Assembly: GCA_964016885.1 (NCBI GenBank)
Contig: OZ024750.1
Span: 21,390,001 to 21,454,000 of the forward strand
Direction of reading: 5' to 3'
DNA: 64,000 nt
DNA from: Eledone cirrhosa
Lineage: Eukaryota
The notes below the pieces were generated by a model, which worked only from the letters and a program-made list of their open reading frames with translations, was not told the DNA's origin and made no database searches. Numbering within the stretch: the first letter of the stretch is position 1; the number at the start of each line of letters is the position of its first letter. The position numbers were made by a program, and so were the translations under genes. Below, in pieces: positions 62,621 through 64,000 of this stretch.

Positions 62621-63781
62621 AGAAGAAAGCCTGTCTGTGGAAGTGATGTTGGAGTGTGCTGTAACACTTCTGAGAAAATATGAAAATTACGCTGAGAATT
62701 ATGCAAGCTTTAATTTATTGAAATTCTAGAAACTATATTGCTATGTCACTATGAAGTGCGTGTTTTACCAAGTTATAGAAGTGAAAGTAATATCAATACC
62801 TCAATTAGAGACAATTCATTTTCTACGAATAATCTATAATCATAGATGGGCCACAATCGCTACCATGTTATCAAAACAGAGTAGTAGCAGAATTAATACC
62901 AACTTATTCACCATCATCTCCAATACATTACCAGCGGTATCCGAGCGATAAATAGTAGAATAACGAAGTGATTACAAATTCATTTAAACGTCTCAACAAC
63001 TATATTTTACTAAATAATAGACCGCAACGTATTACGAGGCAATCAAATTTGATTTCTGAACATTTTCGATTTCTTATGTGATTTTATGCGACAGAAGGTC
63101 AAATTCCATACCTTGGCTGATACTTTTGAATGCATAGGTCTTTTATTATGAGTTACTAATGGTTTTAGATATGTGAAAGACAGTCTTGAACTCTAAGGCC
63201 GTTTATTGTTAGTATGGTACTGCATCACGTCTAACACTTTGCCTACACAAGTATACGACAGACATAACGGGGAAATTTCTAAACACTCAAAGAAGCTAGT
63301 TAAGTAGATTGTTAGAAATCGATGGCAAAATGTGACGAGATAATACTGAAAGAGGACATAGAGTCTGGCAGTAGGACATATATACAGGCAAACTGTCATT
63401 CAGACATACTTGCCTTACGTTGAGATCAAAGAGTTGACATTATCATAGAATTGCTTGCACATGGATACCAAAATAGACTAACATTTTAGAATTCATTTGG
63501 AATTGAAAGTAAAATAGAGATTAACGATAGGAAAATAAAAGGAATGACTATTATCATATGTAAAGTGACTATTCGAGATATTGCTATTTTCAGAGTATAA
63601 TCACAGCTACTCTGTGTAATTACACCTTTTACCCTTCCATGTGTTCCAGCCGACTAGCTGAGGCCAAGCTGGGATACCATTATAAAGCATATTATCATAC
63701 AGTCCATTCATCTTGTAGTCGGTTGCTTTATCCAATAATGTACCGGCTTTCTCACAAGTGAAGCAAAAATAAATGTCATAT

Positions 63782-63866
<85 letters not shown>

Positions 63867-63948
63867 AGTTTATCCCGGGTTCAATCGGGGGTAACCACAG
63901 TAAGTAAGGTACTCAATACAAAGCAGAGTATAAATATTTAATATAGGA

Positions 63949-63992
<44 letters not shown>

Positions 63993-64000
63993 TATAGAGA

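Overview
Eukaryotic, extremely AT-rich, microsatellite-dominated non-genic DNA (intergenic or intronic). The tRNA-derived SINEs and (TA)n/(CA)n density resemble octopus/cephalopod genomes, which is an inference. No intact host gene is supported, and nearly all long ORFs in the track are translation artefacts of (TA)n. The non-simple sequence is retroelement debris: two disrupted Penelope-like element (PLE) coding fragments with GIY-YIG endonucleases (1705-2234 +; 47479-48390 -), 3' ends of CR1-, RTE- and CRE-like LINEs, and two SINE families. The main hidden signal is a dozen or more minimal type I hammerhead ribozyme (HHR) motifs from several unrelated sequence families. They sit in short non-coding units inserted into (TA)n arrays, often as fold-back (inverted) or inverted-plus-tandem pseudo-LTR structures. 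They share self-complementary stem III sequences. One family has a compensatory U3-A8 core with stem II covariation, and several have a U.U pair at the base of stem II. All folds and alignments were done by eye; coordinates of degenerate repeats are approximate.
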